DNA from: an uncultured Methanosarcinaceae archaeon | Lineage (GTDB): Archaea; Halobacteriota; Methanosarcinia; Methanosarcinales; Methanosarcinaceae | Direction: 5' to 3' | Assembly (NCBI GenBank): GCA_963847185.1 | Contig: CAWJYV010000007.1 | Coordinates: 192,001 to 256,000 of the forward strand | DNA: 64,000 bases | Shown here: positions 1 through 10,505 of the stretch, piece by piece | Layout: each line of letters opens with the position of its first letter | How positions within the stretch are numbered: the stretch's first letter is position 1 | Notes under the pieces: model-generated | The model's input: only the letters and a program-made list of their open reading frames with translations | Databases searched by the model: none | Told to the model about the DNA's origin: nothing | Position numbers and translations under genes: made by a program

Positions 1-174
1 TGCAGCCCGGTCAAAAAAGATTCCGTCTATTATCCCTATGAATTTGTATCCTTTTTGCACGAATTTCTCAAGCTGGAACCTGCGCACAGGAGGCTGGTAG
101 TTTGCCCTCAGGATCTTTTTTGCATCCTCATGAATGATGCTGTTTCCGGTAAAAATTACTGCTCTTGCCTTCAT
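1..174 (-). CDS. tfuA: TfuA-like protein, N-terminal part (runs off window edge)
   Basis: Not in ORF track. Manual translation from ATG at 174: MKARAVIFTGNSIIHEDAKKILRANYQPPVRRFQLEKFVQKGYKFIGIIDGIFFDRAA; the IGIIDGxF motif is TfuA-like; ATGA overlap with the ycaO stop. Confidence 0.88.
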   Translation of the reverse strand, partial: MKARAVIFTGNSIIHEDAKKILRANYQPPVRRFQLEKFVQKGYKFIGIIDGIFFDRAA

Positions 175-1445
175 CGTCTTTTCCATGGCTTGTCGTTTCT
201 GTCCCTGGAAAATTCTTTCTTTTTTCCGGAGGTAATTCTTCTTCCTTTGCGGTCGCGGTCAATGGTAAATAGTTCAAATCCAGGGATGATTACTCTTACA
301 ACCGGCACTGGAACTTCTTCCCTTGAGAGATCTATTAGCAGCACCCTTTCAACAAGTCCCTTTAATTTTTCCAGTATCACATCGATGTTTTCAGCAGGGC
401 TTTTTCCGGACAGATCCTGAATATCAGAAAGGGAGATTTTTTCTCCTTCTTCAAACCAGAACCAGTTAAGGCGTTTCATGCGGTCGTACCCGACACTTCG
501 GATAAAGCCTTCCCTGTCCGTATCTTCCCTGGCTCCCTGAATCTGGACTACCCGCGACTGGGCAGCTTCGGTTATGGCTCTTGCAACTGCAATTTCAGGT
601 TTAAGGTGAGAGCCTGCTCCCATTACCAGAAGAGCCGGGTCTTTAAGCTTCACATCATCAGTTGCCGCAATTACTGTTGGAATTCCAGTATCCGTGGGAA
701 CCAGCCAGACCTTCAGTTCTATTCCTGCATCTTTGAACTTTTTGGCAAGCTCGTACAGATAGCCGTCTTCTTCAGTCAGCACGATTTCTTTCCCAAGGCT
801 TCGGGAAAACTGGGCTGTGCTGATTGCATCTCTTTCTATGACCTCAAGCAGACCGTGCAGAATTGCTTCTTCAAGCACGTTTCCGGAAGCCAGTCCATTG
901 GTGTTGCTCGGGAAAAACTTCTGACACTGCCCAGGGGCATCATATGGATGATAAACAGCGTTTGCGCTTACGAAAATTTCTTCTTTGTTCATCAAATCAT
1001 ATGCTCCAACCCATTCCATTAAGGACTGGGGGATATAGGGCTGGGGCAGTAGAAGCTCCTTTGGGTTAAGCACATTGTGGTTTTCTCTGGCAGTTACATA
1101 GGACTCCACAAGGGCAGGGGCTGAAATGTTGCCTGCGACATTTGCGTTCAGGCCTGGTCTTTCTGCCAGGCAGCGTTCAAAACTTTCCATTATCGCTGAT
1201 ATTCTGGCTCTCTGATCAGTCGAGCCCTTTCCTGAGTAGATACTGATAGCTCCTTTTGCAGCACTTGGGCGGATTGCCGAGAAAATCGGGATTCCCAGTC
1301 TGTCCAGGTTTGTAATATCTGCAATTCGGGTAACACCTATCTTTTTTATCTGGTCTTTAGTTTTTTCCAGGGTTGTGGCTTCGTCATAAACTCGCTGTGT
1401 GCCTTCGAGGTATGAGAGAGACCTGTCAATTTTTATCTCGGGCAT
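171..1445 (-). CDS. ycaO: YcaO-domain protein (methanogen MCR thioglycine thioamidation partner of TfuA)
   Basis: Motifs GKG...SAIMESFER, SNTNGLASGN, GLLEVIERDA, EAAQSR, VVRVIIPG; coupled to tfuA. Start placed at MPEIK (1445); ORF track extends to 1463. Confidence 0.93.
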   Translation of the reverse strand: MPEIKIDRSLSYLEGTQRVYDEATTLEKTKDQIKKIGVTRIADITNLDRLGIPIFSAIRPSAAKGAISIYSGKGSTDQRARISAIMESFERCLAERPGLNANVAGNISAPALVESYVTARENHNVLNPKELLLPQPYIPQSLMEWVGAYDLMNKEEIFVSANAVYHPYDAPGQCQKFFPSNTNGLASGNVLEEAILHGLLEVIERDAISTAQFSRSLGKEIVLTEEDGYLYELAKKFKDAGIELKVWLVPTDTGIPTVIAATDDVKLKDPALLVMGAGSHLKPEIAVARAITEAAQSRVVQIQGAREDTDREGFIRSVGYDRMKRLNWFWFEEGEKISLSDIQDLSGKSPAENIDVILEKLKGLVERVLLIDLSREEVPVPVVRVIIPGFELFTIDRDRKGRRITSGKKKEFSRDRNDKPWKRR

Positions 1446-1679
1446 AGTTAGAAACCTTCTCATTTCTTGTTATATATTTTGCTATTTTTCGGGAATTTAT
1501 GGGTCTTTTCAGATTCATGGATCTTGTCATATAGACCTGCGTGGTTCTTCTTTGAAGGCGTTTTGACACCTTAAATAAAGTGTAACATAAGCAGAATATA
1601 AACAAAATACAAACAGAATAACGCTATATATTGAGGGGCTTATAAGTATGTAAGAGGGTTTATAAGGGGGTTTTGTCCG

Positions 1680-1904
1680 ATGAATCTTAAAAAATTGTTT
1701 CTGGAAGAAAATGTGGGAGGCTTTGATCTCCTGTTCAGAGCGGTATATGGAACACTTGCAATAATTGCACTGGCAACAGGCCTTGTGAAAAGCTCTCCCT
1801 GGAAATGGATTGTTGCAGCAATAGCTTTTACAGGACTCTTTAGTTCAATCCTGAGACACTGCACTCCTTATTCCATTCTTGGAATCAACACCGCAAAGAA
1901 ATAA
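1680..1904 (+). CDS. DUF2892/YgaP-like small membrane protein
   Basis: 74 aa; NVGxxDxxxR, two hydrophobic helices, CxPYxxxGINT C-terminus. Confidence 0.8.
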   Translation: MNLKKLFLEENVGGFDLLFRAVYGTLAIIALATGLVKSSPWKWIVAAIAFTGLFSSILRHCTPYSILGINTAKK

Positions 1905-2475
1905 TAGCTTCGATTTTTTCATAATTGGTCGATATTTTTTTGTCGCTTCCCATTTCTTCGGCTTTTTGATGCCTTTTCGATATGAAAAACGATGCTGTCG
2001 ATGTTCAAAGTAATATGATCAGCAGAGCCAGTTTGTGTTTTTAGAATCCAATTTTTTATGGGTTATATTTTTTTGCATTTCCTCGGTTTTAAAATCGTCT
2101 CTGAGTCATTTTAAAAGCTCATCCCAAAACCAATTTTGTCCTCGGGTCAACAAGGATTTCAGGACTTATTTTCAGGATCAGGAATTTTATTGGTTTATAA
2201 ATAATTCGAATTTAGGAGGATCAATTTTGAGTTTTGGGGTTAGCTCTAAGTAAATAATTGATACTGATTTGTTGAAATCTATAATACTCTATTTCCCTGA
2301 TGACGATTCTCACCAGATTTTTGGAACTAATTACAAACCTCCCAACACTAATTATTTATTTATTCATTTGATACTGAGTATTGAATTTATTGAAGGCTAA
2401 ACTCTTTCTGTTAAATTCAATAATTCAATCAGAACATGCAAAAATAACTAGATTATAGAAATGATTGGGGATACT

Positions 2476-3318
2476 ATGAAGAACTTTAATAAGATTTGTT
2501 CCACAGCAGACTGGGGCGACCCGGAGTTGTCAGAGATAATGCAGGAGATTCTTCATCCTGGCGCCGAGAAAGATATCGACCTGACAATTCGGCATCGGAA
2601 GCACTGGGAATGGGCTATCGGGATGCTCACGCTGAAAAAAACAGGCAAGTTGGACAATAACTGCACGTTCTTGGGCATAGGAAGCGGTACCGAGGCACCT
2701 GTTTTTTATCTGACGAACCACGCGAAGTATGTTTTCTGCACTGATCTATACACCATAACCTCCGGAAAGTGGAAAGAAGCAAATACAGGCATGTTGGCGA
2801 GTCCGGAAAGTTTTGCTTCTGGTCAGTTTAACCGCAGAAGACTCGGCGTACAGATAATGAGTGGCACTGACATTCATTTTGAAGACAATACTTTCGATGC
2901 AATCTTCAGCTATTCTTCAATTGAGCACTTTGGGGGAAAAGATGCAGCTGCGAAGTGTATGAAAGAGATCGAACGGGTGTTGAAGCCTGGGGGTGTGGCC
3001 AGTATCGCAACTGAGATCTTCGCAGGCACCGAATTAGTAAAACTGCATAGATATCGGGAGAAATACGGCAAATTTCCGCACAATTTGTTTCGACGTTACA
3101 AAATATTTTCTGAGATGTTCACTCGCGATGAACTGGAACAGTATCTGTTAGCTTCTACAAACATGAAGCTTCTGTGTCCCATTGATTTCAGCATAGATCT
3201 GAAGGATCTAGCAGGGGCTGTGAGATTTCCTGTGACCAAAGAGTATGCCACACATATTTTTCTTGACATGAAAGGTATTCTCTGGGGGTCTATACATATC
3301 GCCCTGATTAAACAGTGA
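2476..3318 (+). CDS. Class I SAM-dependent methyltransferase
   Basis: LGIGSG motif I, FEDNTFDAIFSYSSIEH, RVLKPGG; alternative start 2461. Confidence 0.85.
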   Translation: MKNFNKICSTADWGDPELSEIMQEILHPGAEKDIDLTIRHRKHWEWAIGMLTLKKTGKLDNNCTFLGIGSGTEAPVFYLTNHAKYVFCTDLYTITSGKWKEANTGMLASPESFASGQFNRRRLGVQIMSGTDIHFEDNTFDAIFSYSSIEHFGGKDAAAKCMKEIERVLKPGGVASIATEIFAGTELVKLHRYREKYGKFPHNLFRRYKIFSEMFTRDELEQYLLASTNMKLLCPIDFSIDLKDLAGAVRFPVTKEYATHIFLDMKGILWGSIHIALIKQ

Positions 3319-3572
3319 ACTTGAAAAGTGGGAAGAACAACTAAACAGGGAGGACAATTTATAATCTATCGTCATTAACAAAAATTCTGCACTATTATCC
3401 TCCACAAAAATTCTAATCCGCTATAAAATATAAAAATCCTGTACAGTTTTTCTTAATAGAAGTCTTACTTTTTCAATGTTTGCTTCAATCACTAAAACCG
3501 TTTAGAATGTACACTTGCTTATGCATATTCTTATTTAGCTTCTCTATCTGTTCTTCTTTAGTTTTCAGCTGA

Positions 3573-5651
3573 TCACTTTTTACATATTGCCATATTTTTC
3601 GAATCATTAGTATTGCTGAAACTAATTATGAACTCCGTTCCTGAATCTTTTTTAAGTTCTAAGTGGCCGTCTATCTGTTCTACGAGAAGACTTATGAGCT
3701 GAAGCCCGAGTGAATCCGTATTTTTAATACCTGCATCCGGGATTCCAGCGCCATTGTCAGCTACTGTCAGGGTATACTGCAAACACTTATCGCTGTTACA
3801 GCAGGTATTTTCTTTTGGATCTGCAAATTTTTCGCGGATTTTTCCGGAGTTCTCATATCTATGGAGGGTTATTCGAATTTCTCCTCTCTGGCCTGGCTGA
3901 AAAGCGTGTTTAAGGGAATTTGATATAAGTTCGTTTACAATAATTCCAAGAGGAATTGCAATATCCATATCCAGATAGACAGGTTCAAGATCCAGTTTAA
4001 GATCTATATTCTGATTCTCTATCGCGTAAGAATCGAGAAGATTTGTGGTCAGTTTCTGCAGATAACTGGCAAAATCTAACGTAGCCATATCCCTGGATTT
4101 ATACAGCTCTTGATGAATAAGAGCCATTGATACCACACGGTTCTGGCTGTCCTTAAATGCAGCGAGAACTTCTTGAGTCTGAACAGTTTCTCGCCTACTG
4201 AACCTTTCTGCCTGAAGGTCAAGCAGAGAAGTTATTACCTGCAAGTTATTCTTTATCCTGTGGTGAATTTCTTTTATGCGGGCTTTGTCGTACTTTTCCA
4301 GGGATTCCATAATATATTTCCGTTCAGTAATGTCGTGAACAGAACCCTGGAATTCTATTCTTTTTCCAGCCGTTTTGGGATTTTGTCTTATAATCTCTCT
4401 TAACCATCTCACTTCTCCATCTTTTTTCCGTATCCTGTATTCGAATTCTACAGGCAATTCAGGAATGGAGACCGTATTAGCTCTTTCTTTAGAATAGATG
4501 GGCATGTCTTCAGGTACTGCAATTTCATTCCAATTTAAATTCCCGGAAAGAAAATCTTCTTTACTATAACCCTTGATTTCCTGTACAGCTCCTTCTATAA
4601 ATGTCAGTGACAGATCTCTATCCAGCTGAAACAGGATTCCACTGAAATTCTGCATAAATGAATGATAATTTTCTTCAATTATCGGAGATTTTTTTGTTGC
4701 AGTTTTTTTTTCGAGATGACCTTTACCTGCTGCAAAATGAGTGTAAATAAGAGCCTTTTCTGACTTTTGGAAAGTTGCCTCTTCGTTTAAGGCTTCTTCT
4801 CTCTGCTTAAGTTCTCTGAAAATAATACTATTAGGCTGTTCAAAACCAGTCACCACGATTGCTTTATAGATAAGGTAAAGAGACATCATTTTAAACATGT
4901 GGGCAACAAAACTTGGAAATTTGTCCACATGATTGTAAACAATAAAAGGCAGTTCTCCGAGTGTTGCTAGAAATATGGATATTGCTATCAATCTGAACAC
5001 TTTTTTGTCGAATCTGTTTCGCTTTGTATATAGTAGAACAAAGGAGACGCAAAAAATGAAAAAGATCACATATCCGCTTGTTTGCGTAAATAAAGTAAGT
5101 CCCAAATCTTCGATATTATATAACGGAAATTTAGTCAAATAAAATACTGAAGTGAAGATACATGCTGCAACTATAGAGTAGATAAGGAAAATATTTCTGA
5201 CAAATCTAGAATTTTCAAGGAACGTCAAATCATTATTTTCATTATTATTCTGTACCAGAAAAAACGGGGCTATCATAAACGAAACACTAGCTATATATCT
5301 TGCAAAAATTCCGAATTGAATAGTCATATTCAGGTCAATTATCGGCAAAATTCCGATTCCTCTAAATGCAAGAATATGCAAAAGATCAAAACTTCCTATG
5401 AAAAAGAAAGATGCCCCTATCAGTAGTAAATACCTGTTTAAAAGCAGGCTTTTTGATTCCCATATTATTAGGAAAATAATGTATGCCATCAGGGCGCTGA
5501 ATAACTCTGCCAGTGTGTGAAAAAGAAGAAAACTTTTGAGGTTAATCATACGCAGTAAAATAGCTATAATTATCCATATTATTAAGTCATTTAACTCTAT
5601 GAAAGATGATCGAAAGATAGATATTTTCTTTTCAGTTTCCTTTATTTTCAC
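3573..5651 (-). CDS. Membrane sensor histidine kinase (MASE3-type TM region, PAS/PAC, HisKA_2-type kinase)
   Basis: Multi-TM N-terminus (FHTLAELFS, DLLH), PAC (EYRIRKKDGEVRW), EIHHRIKNNLQ H-box, NELISNSLKHAF, DNGAG, SLGLQL. Confidence 0.9.
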   Translation of the reverse strand: MKIKETEKKISIFRSSFIELNDLIIWIIIAILLRMINLKSFLLFHTLAELFSALMAYIIFLIIWESKSLLLNRYLLLIGASFFFIGSFDLLHILAFRGIGILPIIDLNMTIQFGIFARYIASVSFMIAPFFLVQNNNENNDLTFLENSRFVRNIFLIYSIVAACIFTSVFYLTKFPLYNIEDLGLTLFTQTSGYVIFFIFCVSFVLLYTKRNRFDKKVFRLIAISIFLATLGELPFIVYNHVDKFPSFVAHMFKMMSLYLIYKAIVVTGFEQPNSIIFRELKQREEALNEEATFQKSEKALIYTHFAAGKGHLEKKTATKKSPIIEENYHSFMQNFSGILFQLDRDLSLTFIEGAVQEIKGYSKEDFLSGNLNWNEIAVPEDMPIYSKERANTVSIPELPVEFEYRIRKKDGEVRWLREIIRQNPKTAGKRIEFQGSVHDITERKYIMESLEKYDKARIKEIHHRIKNNLQVITSLLDLQAERFSRRETVQTQEVLAAFKDSQNRVVSMALIHQELYKSRDMATLDFASYLQKLTTNLLDSYAIENQNIDLKLDLEPVYLDMDIAIPLGIIVNELISNSLKHAFQPGQRGEIRITLHRYENSGKIREKFADPKENTCCNSDKCLQYTLTVADNGAGIPDAGIKNTDSLGLQLISLLVEQIDGHLELKKDSGTEFIISFSNTNDSKNMAICKK

Positions 5652-6139
5652 TCATTTGAGGTAGTATTCTTTCTATATATCTCTTATTGGGAACTTTAAT
5701 AGGGATGGCTTTTTAAGGAGTATATAGACTTATTTTTGAGAATCAGTTTTAACTGGATGAGAATGCAAAAAAGTAATCAATCCCCAACAAGTGAAGAATA
5801 TCAATTTACAGAAATTCGCTTATTGAATCTATTAAAGATAGCTGTTGACGTAGTTTTATTCAGGTTGAATAATTCTAAATTTTTTTATACTTTGTTGAGA
5901 AGTTAATCATCATTAACTCTGTAAAAACAAAGATAGTTTCTGTAACGTTTTCAGGGGCCGAAGTATTAATAATTTTGAAGCTACTGAAAAAGAATCTAAA
6001 GTCCCGAAGACTTTACAGAACTCCCTTACCTAACAGTAAATTATTTTTAAAGTGTATTTTATTTATCGGCGCTGTCCCATGTTGCAAATTTTTTTTGCTC
6101 TCTTCATGCTTTCTTCATGCTTTCTTCTATTACTGCTTG

Positions 6140-6403
6140 TTAATTCGTTCCGCCACAAGCATGGACAGCGTCATTAAGTATTCCCATTATCGTCCCACAG
6201 GGGAGAATTAATGGCTTATCCGTAACAGTAACAGTGATATTCGCTGCCCCATCCCATTTGAAATGGCCTTTAACTCCATATCCTTCGATTTCACCTTCGT
6301 TTCCTGCAGGTACTTTTATACCGGCATTTTCAAGTTTCTTTTTCAAACAATTAAATACATTTTGCGTAACGTTGTGGTAAGTTACAGAATCACATCCACC
6401 CAT
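6140..6403 (-). CDS. Small hypothetical protein (87 aa, 4 Cys)
   Basis: ATG at 6403 preceded by AGGGGGA; normal codon usage; isolated in AT-rich DNA. Confidence 0.75.
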   Translation of the reverse strand: MGGCDSVTYHNVTQNVFNCLKKKLENAGIKVPAGNEGEIEGYGVKGHFKWDGAANITVTVTDKPLILPCGTIMGILNDAVHACGGTN

Positions 6404-6899
6404 ATTTTTCCCCCTATGTTTATTAAAAGACTTTTTTAGATTTAAGCATTTAAACCAGTAATCCAAAAGCATTATTTATCAGGAGTACTCATATCCCAAA
6501 GTTTACTCTTCTATATTCTATGTTTTGTGGATAACTTGCAATCAGTATTTTTTATACAATTATTTGCAAATTATATGAGTATGTTTCAGAATAAGCACTC
6601 TTGTAGCCCTTATCCATTTTTGATGTAGTTTGTTTTTTCGTAATATTCTTACGGATAAACTTTACCTATACATTAATACAAGATAGCAATATTTATATAA
6701 TCATGTTATTATAAATTCCTTGTAGAAAATATATTTAGAACAAAACATATTTAGAAGATCTCTTTACTATTAAATATCAGCTGCATCTGCAGGCATACAT
6801 TAAAATCCTAAAAATCTTCTAAATCTTAAAAATCTTCTATTTCTCTCCTTCCTCCGGTCCAACATATTGAATAAAATTACAATCAGGAGCATTGGGGAT

Positions 6900-7058
6900 A
6901 TGCAGGCTGAAGAGACGGGAAAGGGTACCAATAATTTCAATGCTCAAGTAAATGAGCCTTCCCCTCACGGTAAAAAATACAACTCGGGAATGGAAATGTC
7001 AGGAGATTCTCATGAATTTCACGAAGAGAGGGGGCATAATCCTGCTGGAGAAGTATAG
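6900..7058 (+). CDS. Probable frameshifted N-terminus of the downstream P1B ATPase (or short upstream ORF)
   Basis: ATG at 6900 after GGAG/GGGG; His/Glu-rich end (SHEFHEERGH) continues the style of the ATPase N-terminus; its TAG overlaps the GTG at 7058 in another frame. Confidence 0.5.
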   Translation: MQAEETGKGTNNFNAQVNEPSPHGKKYNSGMEMSGDSHEFHEERGHNPAGEV

Positions 7059-9334
7059 TGCATGAAGACCATCCAGAAGATCAAACGATGCATACTGAAG
7101 AGAAATCGCTGGACTATGACCATCATAAAGAAATGAAACATGAGCAGCGTACGGAAGAGAAGCTCTATGGTCACCGGCAGCACGAAGAAATGAATCATGA
7201 GGGCCATGAGCAACATGAGGAAATGAAACATGGCCAGCACGAAGGAATGAAACACGAGGGGAAACATGAAGGTCACGAGAAGTCAGGCGGGAAAGCTCAC
7301 GGCAATCATCACACTCATATGCTTGAAGATTTTAGAAGAAGATTCATTGTTTCTTTTATATTGACCTTCCCGGTTTTGTTGCTCTCTCCTACAATTCAGG
7401 ACTTTTTTAATTTTGAGCTTCACGTCCCTGGGGCGGATTTTATTACATTTTTGCTGTCCTCTGTTGTTTATTTCTATGGAGGCTATCCTTTTCTCAAAGG
7501 GATAAAAGAAGAGTTTGCTGAGAAGTCCCCCGGAATGATGACTCTGATAGCAATTGCTATCAGTGTGGCTTATTTTTACAGTTCAGCTGTGGTTTTCGGG
7601 CTCCATGGAGAGGTATTTTTCTGGGAACTGGTGACCCTTATCGATGTAATGCTGCTCGGGCACTGGCTGGAAATGCGTTCGGTAATGGGAGCTTCAAGAG
7701 CTCTTGAGGAACTGGTAAAGATCATGCCGTCGGTTGCTCACCTGAAGAATAATGGCGAAATTGTTGACGTGGGAGTTGACCAGTTAAAAATAGGGGATAA
7801 GGTTCTGATAAAGCCCGGAGAAAAAGTGCCTGTAGACGGAACTGTTTTGGAAGGTACAAGCAACGTCAACGAATCAATGCTTACAGGAGAGTCAAAGCCT
7901 GTCACGAAAAAACCGGGAAACGAAGTCATCGGCGGCTCAATAAATGGGGAGGCAGCTTTTGTTGTAGAAGTGGAAAAAACAGGCAAAGACACTTATCTTA
8001 ATCAGGTTGTCGAACTCGTCAGAGCCGCTCAGGAGAGCAAATCAAAAACTCAGGACCTGGCAAACAGGGCTGCAATGTATCTTACGATTATAGCTCTTTC
8101 CGTGGGTACTCTGACATTCCTTCTCTGGATTTTCCTTGGCCAGCAGCTTGTCTTTGCTCTGGAGAGGGCAGTAACTGTAATGGTTATTACCTGTCCTCAT
8201 GCTCTTGGGCTTGCAATTCCTCTCGTTGTTGCGGTTTCTACATCAATTGCCGCAAAATCCGGGCTTCTTATTCGAGACCGGCAGGCATTTGAGAGGGCAC
8301 GAGATCTTCAGGCTCTCATTTTTGACAAAACGGGTACGCTTACTGAAGGCAGGTTTGGAGTCACTGATATAGTTTTCCTTTCTGGAGGGGAGACTGAACA
8401 CGAAGAGGAAAATGAAAGCGGAAAGGGAAGTAAAAGCGGAGAGGAAACCAAAAATGAAAACACAGAGGAAACTGAAAACAAAAAAGAAATTATTTTGAGC
8501 CTGGCAGCTTCTCTTGAAGCCAGTTCTGAACATCCTATTGCATCAGGCATTCTGGAAAGTGCAAGGGAAAAAGGAGTGAAGATCCTGCCTGTAGAAGAAT
8601 TCAATTCAATCCCTGGGAAGGGTGTGGAAGGCCTGGTTGAAGGAAAGAAGCTCCTTGTTGTAAGTCCGGGTTATCTTGAAGAAAAGGGGATTTCCTTCAA
8701 AAATAAAAAAATTGAGGAAATTGAAGCACAGGGAAAAACCGTTGTGTTCTTACTTGAAGGAGACAGGTTATTTGGAGCTCTTGCCCTTGCCGATATTATT
8801 CGAAAAGAGTCAAGGGAAGCAATTTCAAAGTTAAAAGATATGGGAGTAAAGTGTCTCATGCTCACGGGGGATAACCGTTATGTGGCTGCCTGGGTAGCCA
8901 GAGAACTGGATCTTGATGATTACTTCGCAGAAGTCCTTCCACATGAAAAGGCAGAGAAGGTCAAAGAAGTCCAGAACCAGTATCTCACAGGCATGGTTGG
9001 GGACGGAGTTAATGATGCGCCTGCCCTGGCTCAGGCTGATGTCGGGATTGCCATAGGAGCTGGTACGGATGTTGCAATCGAAACCGCGGACATCGTACTG
9101 GTCAAAAACGACCCCAGGGATGTTCTCAATATTATCAGGCTTTCCAGGAGTACTTACTCCAAAATGTATCAGAACCTTCTCTGGGCAACTGGATACAATG
9201 TCTTTGCAATTCCTCTTGCAGCAGGAGTTCTCTATGGATACGGAATTTTACTGAGCCCTGCTATGGGTGCAGTTTTCATGAGTCTGAGTACGGTAATTGT
9301 AGCTATAAATGCAAAAACTTTAAAGATGGGGTGA
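7058..9334 (+). CDS. copB: Heavy-metal translocating P1B-3 ATPase (CopB type)
   Basis: His-rich N-terminus, TGES, CPHALG, DKTGTLT, SEHP, TGD, GDGVNDAPAL, YN/MSLS TM motifs. Confidence 0.93.
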   Translation: MHEDHPEDQTMHTEEKSLDYDHHKEMKHEQRTEEKLYGHRQHEEMNHEGHEQHEEMKHGQHEGMKHEGKHEGHEKSGGKAHGNHHTHMLEDFRRRFIVSFILTFPVLLLSPTIQDFFNFELHVPGADFITFLLSSVVYFYGGYPFLKGIKEEFAEKSPGMMTLIAIAISVAYFYSSAVVFGLHGEVFFWELVTLIDVMLLGHWLEMRSVMGASRALEELVKIMPSVAHLKNNGEIVDVGVDQLKIGDKVLIKPGEKVPVDGTVLEGTSNVNESMLTGESKPVTKKPGNEVIGGSINGEAAFVVEVEKTGKDTYLNQVVELVRAAQESKSKTQDLANRAAMYLTIIALSVGTLTFLLWIFLGQQLVFALERAVTVMVITCPHALGLAIPLVVAVSTSIAAKSGLLIRDRQAFERARDLQALIFDKTGTLTEGRFGVTDIVFLSGGETEHEEENESGKGSKSGEETKNENTEETENKKEIILSLAASLEASSEHPIASGILESAREKGVKILPVEEFNSIPGKGVEGLVEGKKLLVVSPGYLEEKGISFKNKKIEEIEAQGKTVVFLLEGDRLFGALALADIIRKESREAISKLKDMGVKCLMLTGDNRYVAAWVARELDLDDYFAEVLPHEKAEKVKEVQNQYLTGMVGDGVNDAPALAQADVGIAIGAGTDVAIETADIVLVKNDPRDVLNIIRLSRSTYSKMYQNLLWATGYNVFAIPLAAGVLYGYGILLSPAMGAVFMSLSTVIVAINAKTLKMG

Positions 9335-9542
9335 TTGATTTTGGGCATATTTCGCAGTCTGAAAAAGATACTGGCTTTAGCCGCACTGGCTTCTGCAGGA
9401 ATCCGATTCATTTCAAGGCTCACAGGAAGAAAAAGGAAAAAAATAAGTCGCAAACACTGAAAAACTGAAGATTTGAGGAATAAAATCTTTTCTTTTCTTT
9501 TCTTTTTATTTCTAATTTCTTTTTCTGTAATTTTTATGTCCG

Positions 9543-9771
9543 TATAAGACCATCTACCCAGAATAGGGGCTCCTATGAGCTGAAATATTAGATACATGGC
9601 ACTGGCCAGCTCGCAGATAAATGCATTTCCTCCAAACCTGTCCACAAGCAACTCAAGGAACGGGAACACAATGCTGAATCCGTGTTTTCCTATAAAGTTG
9701 ACAGCAAGGGCGGTAGAAGCGAAATATTTTCTCCTATCGGAAGTCAGAACTCCTTCTTACACTCTCTCCAT
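9543..9771 (-). pseudogene. Remnant of a TetA/DHA1-like MFS transporter N-terminus
   Basis: AVNFIGKHGFSIVFPFLELLVDRFGGNAF...MYLIFQLIGAPILGRWS resembles TM1-TM2 up to MFS motif A; in-frame stop at codon 5; similarity ends ~9545. Confidence 0.7.
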
Positions 9772-9897
9772 GTCTTCGGTTAATACCTGGCAAGCTATTC
9801 CTGTTTATTCTCAGGAGTCTTCCCTTTTCTCTCTAATCATTTCACAAGCAATATTATTTTTCTCCTCAAGTAACAGTTTACTCTTAGTAACAATTTG

Positions 9898-10226
9898 TTA
9901 CTTAATCTTCAGAATCTCAGCCCAGGCACGTTTTCCGCACTTCGGACACCTGAGATATTTTTTATTGACGCCATTAGGGCCAAATAAGTCTTCCATTGCC
10001 GAAACCTCAAAAATCTCCCCACATCCCGGGCAACGGTACGCAAAATTTTTAGCATGCCAAGTAACAATTAGTGTCATTCCTTCCACAACTATCAGGAGCC
10101 AGAAATACCAGTGTTCTGGAAACAGTATAATAGAAGAGAGATTCATTACCATGACAAATATAAAAAGTAAAAAGCTGTTTTGCCCCAGTCCTTACCTGTA
10201 ACCGTCTGGTACTTTTCTCCGTTCAT
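9898..10226 (-). CDS. Small membrane protein with C-terminal zinc ribbon (apparently frameshifted near 10160)
   Basis: CPGCG...CPKCG after two hydrophobic segments; upstream ATG 10226 with GGGGG SD gives MNGEKYQTVTGKDWGKTAFYF in another frame. Confidence 0.65.
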
Positions 10227-10505
10227 AGTTGTTTTTACCCCCCTTTCTTATCTTTCTTCGGTATGAAATTTATATCAAAAATTTGGATCTGGAGTTATTT
10301 AAGAGTATTTTACCTCCAGAACTTTTCAGATACAGATAGAGGAACACTTTTCCTGAAAAATATTCACTGTTTAAAAACAAACCAAAAAATGAAAAAAGAT
10401 TGCCTGTTATCAGGAACAGGCGTTTATTGACTTAATTCAGGTCAAGAATAAGCCCTATAAAAGTAGCTTTAAGCCTTATGCGGCTTAACTTATTTGGCTT
10501 TTACC

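Noticed and set aside
7056-7058. Pyrrolysine (UAG) readthrough joining the upstream ORF to copB
   Set aside because: The ATPase continues in a different frame, so amber readthrough would not fuse them.
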